NCBI GenBank assembly: GCA_963817385.1 | Contig: CAWFOM010000009.1 | Location: forward strand, 13,022 to 77,021 | DNA: 64,000 nt | Origin: an uncultured delta proteobacterium | GTDB lineage: Bacteria; Desulfobacterota; Syntrophia; Syntrophales; UBA5619 | Direction: 5' to 3' | Shown here: positions 62,695 through 64,000 of the stretch, piece after piece | Numbering within the stretch: position 1 is the stretch's first letter | Layout of the letters: every line of letters begins with the position of its first letter | Program-made: the position numbers and the translations under genes | The notes under the pieces: model-generated | Told to the model about the DNA's origin: nothing | The model's database searches: none | Seen by the model: only the letters and a program-made list of their open reading frames with translations

Positions 62695-63759
62695 CTAATG
62701 TCTCCCCGTTCGCGCCGACGGACTACCCGTCTTCGTCTCCGGTTGCGCCGGCACAGGGCCATCCGGCAGGGGCCGGTTGACACGAATCTCGGCCTTCGCC
62801 TTTAATCCTTCGATCCAGCGCTCGTAAGCTTCCGCCTCCTTGAGTTTCCTGAGATCGGCGATCACCCGTCCCTTTGCGTCAGCAAGCTTCCGCCCGCCGC
62901 TCTCCTCCTTGGCGAGGACCTTGAAGATGTGGAAGCCGTAAGGGCTCTGGACTACGTTGCTCACCTTCCCGACCGGCAGGGAAAAGACGATCCGGTCGAT
63001 CTCCTCGGGCATGACCCCCCGTTCGAAGAAACCGAGATCGCCGCCCCTCGCCGCCTCCGGACCGATGGACACTTCCCGCGCCACCTTATCAAAATCCTCC
63101 CCCGCCTTCAATCTTTTCAGGGCCCTTTCCGCCAAATCCCGGTCGCGCACGACGATCTGGAGCGCGCGTATGCGCCTCTCCGAGGCGTAGAGTCTGCGGT
63201 TGGCCTTGAAATAGAGTTCCGCCTCGCCGTCCGTCACCTGGATTTTTCTATTCACATCCAGGGCAATAACCTTCTCGAAAAGCATCCGTTGCCGCAGCGC
63301 CTCCTTCCAGGCGGGATAACTGATTCCGCGATTGCCGAACAGAGCATTGAAACTGTCATCAGCGTAATCCTTTCTGATCTCCTCAATTCGCGCTTCGAGC
63401 TCATCTGCACTGATGTTCAGCAAAAGCTCCCGGGCGCGCTGCAGCATGATCCTCTCTTCGATGAGATGACCCAGAACCTCCTCCTTCAGACGCGCCCTTT
63501 GCTCCGCCTTCAGGGGCTCATCACTCTTGGCGAGGGCCGCCTCCTCCGCCAACTTCCTGAGAAACTCCGGACGGTCGATCCGCTCGCCGTTGACCGTTGC
63601 TACCGGATCTTCCGGGGGCGGTGGCGGTTCCTGGCTCCGGCAGGCCGCCAGCGCCATCACGAGGAATGCCAAAAACAGCAATCCGCCGGGACGGCTTCGT
63701 ATCGGCCGATTCCTGGGGCCTTCGCCTTGTCTCTGCTCAAGTGTCTGCGTGTCTGTCAC
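62695..63759 (-). CDS. Parvulin-type peptidyl-prolyl isomerase lipoprotein (PrsA/PpiC-like)
   Basis: LAAC lipobox, VATVNGE, GGDLG and SPYGFHIFK motifs. Confidence 0.85.
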   Translation of the reverse strand: MTDTQTLEQRQGEGPRNRPIRSRPGGLLFLAFLVMALAACRSQEPPPPPEDPVATVNGERIDRPEFLRKLAEEAALAKSDEPLKAEQRARLKEEVLGHLIEERIMLQRARELLLNISADELEARIEEIRKDYADDSFNALFGNRGISYPAWKEALRQRMLFEKVIALDVNRKIQVTDGEAELYFKANRRLYASERRIRALQIVVRDRDLAERALKRLKAGEDFDKVAREVSIGPEAARGGDLGFFERGVMPEEIDRIVFSLPVGKVSNVVQSPYGFHIFKVLAKEESGGRKLADAKGRVIADLRKLKEAEAYERWIEGLKAKAEIRVNRPLPDGPVPAQPETKTGSPSARTGRH

Positions 63760-63773
63760 CGATTTCTCTCCTC

Positions 63774-64000
63774 CTATCGCAACTCCCTAAGCAGCTCCCG
63801 CGCCCGGTTCAGGATCTCCGTTCCCGTAAGATCCGGCATCGGAATGGTCAGTTTCAGATCCGGCGTAAGCTGCACGCCCCGCACCTTCCGCCGGTAGAGC
63901 TCGATGATCCGGCCGGGATCGACCGGGCTTTTCTCCTGGAGAAATACCGACATCGCCTTGCCGTCGTAGCCCATCTTCTTCCCCTTGAGGGTCTTCAGGA
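63774..64000 (-). CDS. mfd: Probable transcription-repair coupling factor, C-terminal end (partial)
   Basis: Open frame from the window edge with a TRCF-tail-like SPVDPGRII..V.LTPD.KL. The mfd-PPIase-surA order is recalled as common in this group (context inference). Confidence 0.6.
   Translation of the reverse strand, partial: LKTLKGKKMGYDGKAMSVFLQEKSPVDPGRIIELYRRKVRGVQLTPDLKLTIPMPDLTGTEILNRARELLRELR

Overview
The window is a GC-rich bacterial chromosome segment. Gene content and order (long GlmS, mfd-PPIase-surA-uvrA, proA-nadD) suggest a Desulfobacterota/Syntrophales-like deltaproteobacterium; this taxonomic call is an inference. The housekeeping backbone includes pyrG, an atypical glmS and glmU-like gene, moaC, comM/yifB, ilvE, lolA, an alpha-glucan operon, proA, nadD, panE, a queG-like gene, alkD, mug, uvrA and mfd. 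It is interrupted by a ~19.5 kb sugar-acid catabolic island bounded by a 93-bp direct repeat of the comM 3' end (8726-8818 / 28237-28329), with no recognisable integrase. Three island transcription units share a near-identical 30-bp promoter/operator. Other notable items: a 12-bp-phased DnaA-box array before lolA; a GT3 glycogen synthase-GT35 phosphorylase fusion; a Csd6/Pgp2 + Csd4/Pgp1 + RodZ-like peptidoglycan-trimming module; a ~90-bp IS200/IS605-type miniature element; and an in-frame-deleted ltnD relic before otnK. Three genes carry single +1 frameshifts that may be sequencing errors. No rRNA, tRNA or CRISPR array was seen. All calls come from reading motifs by eye; no database searches were run.
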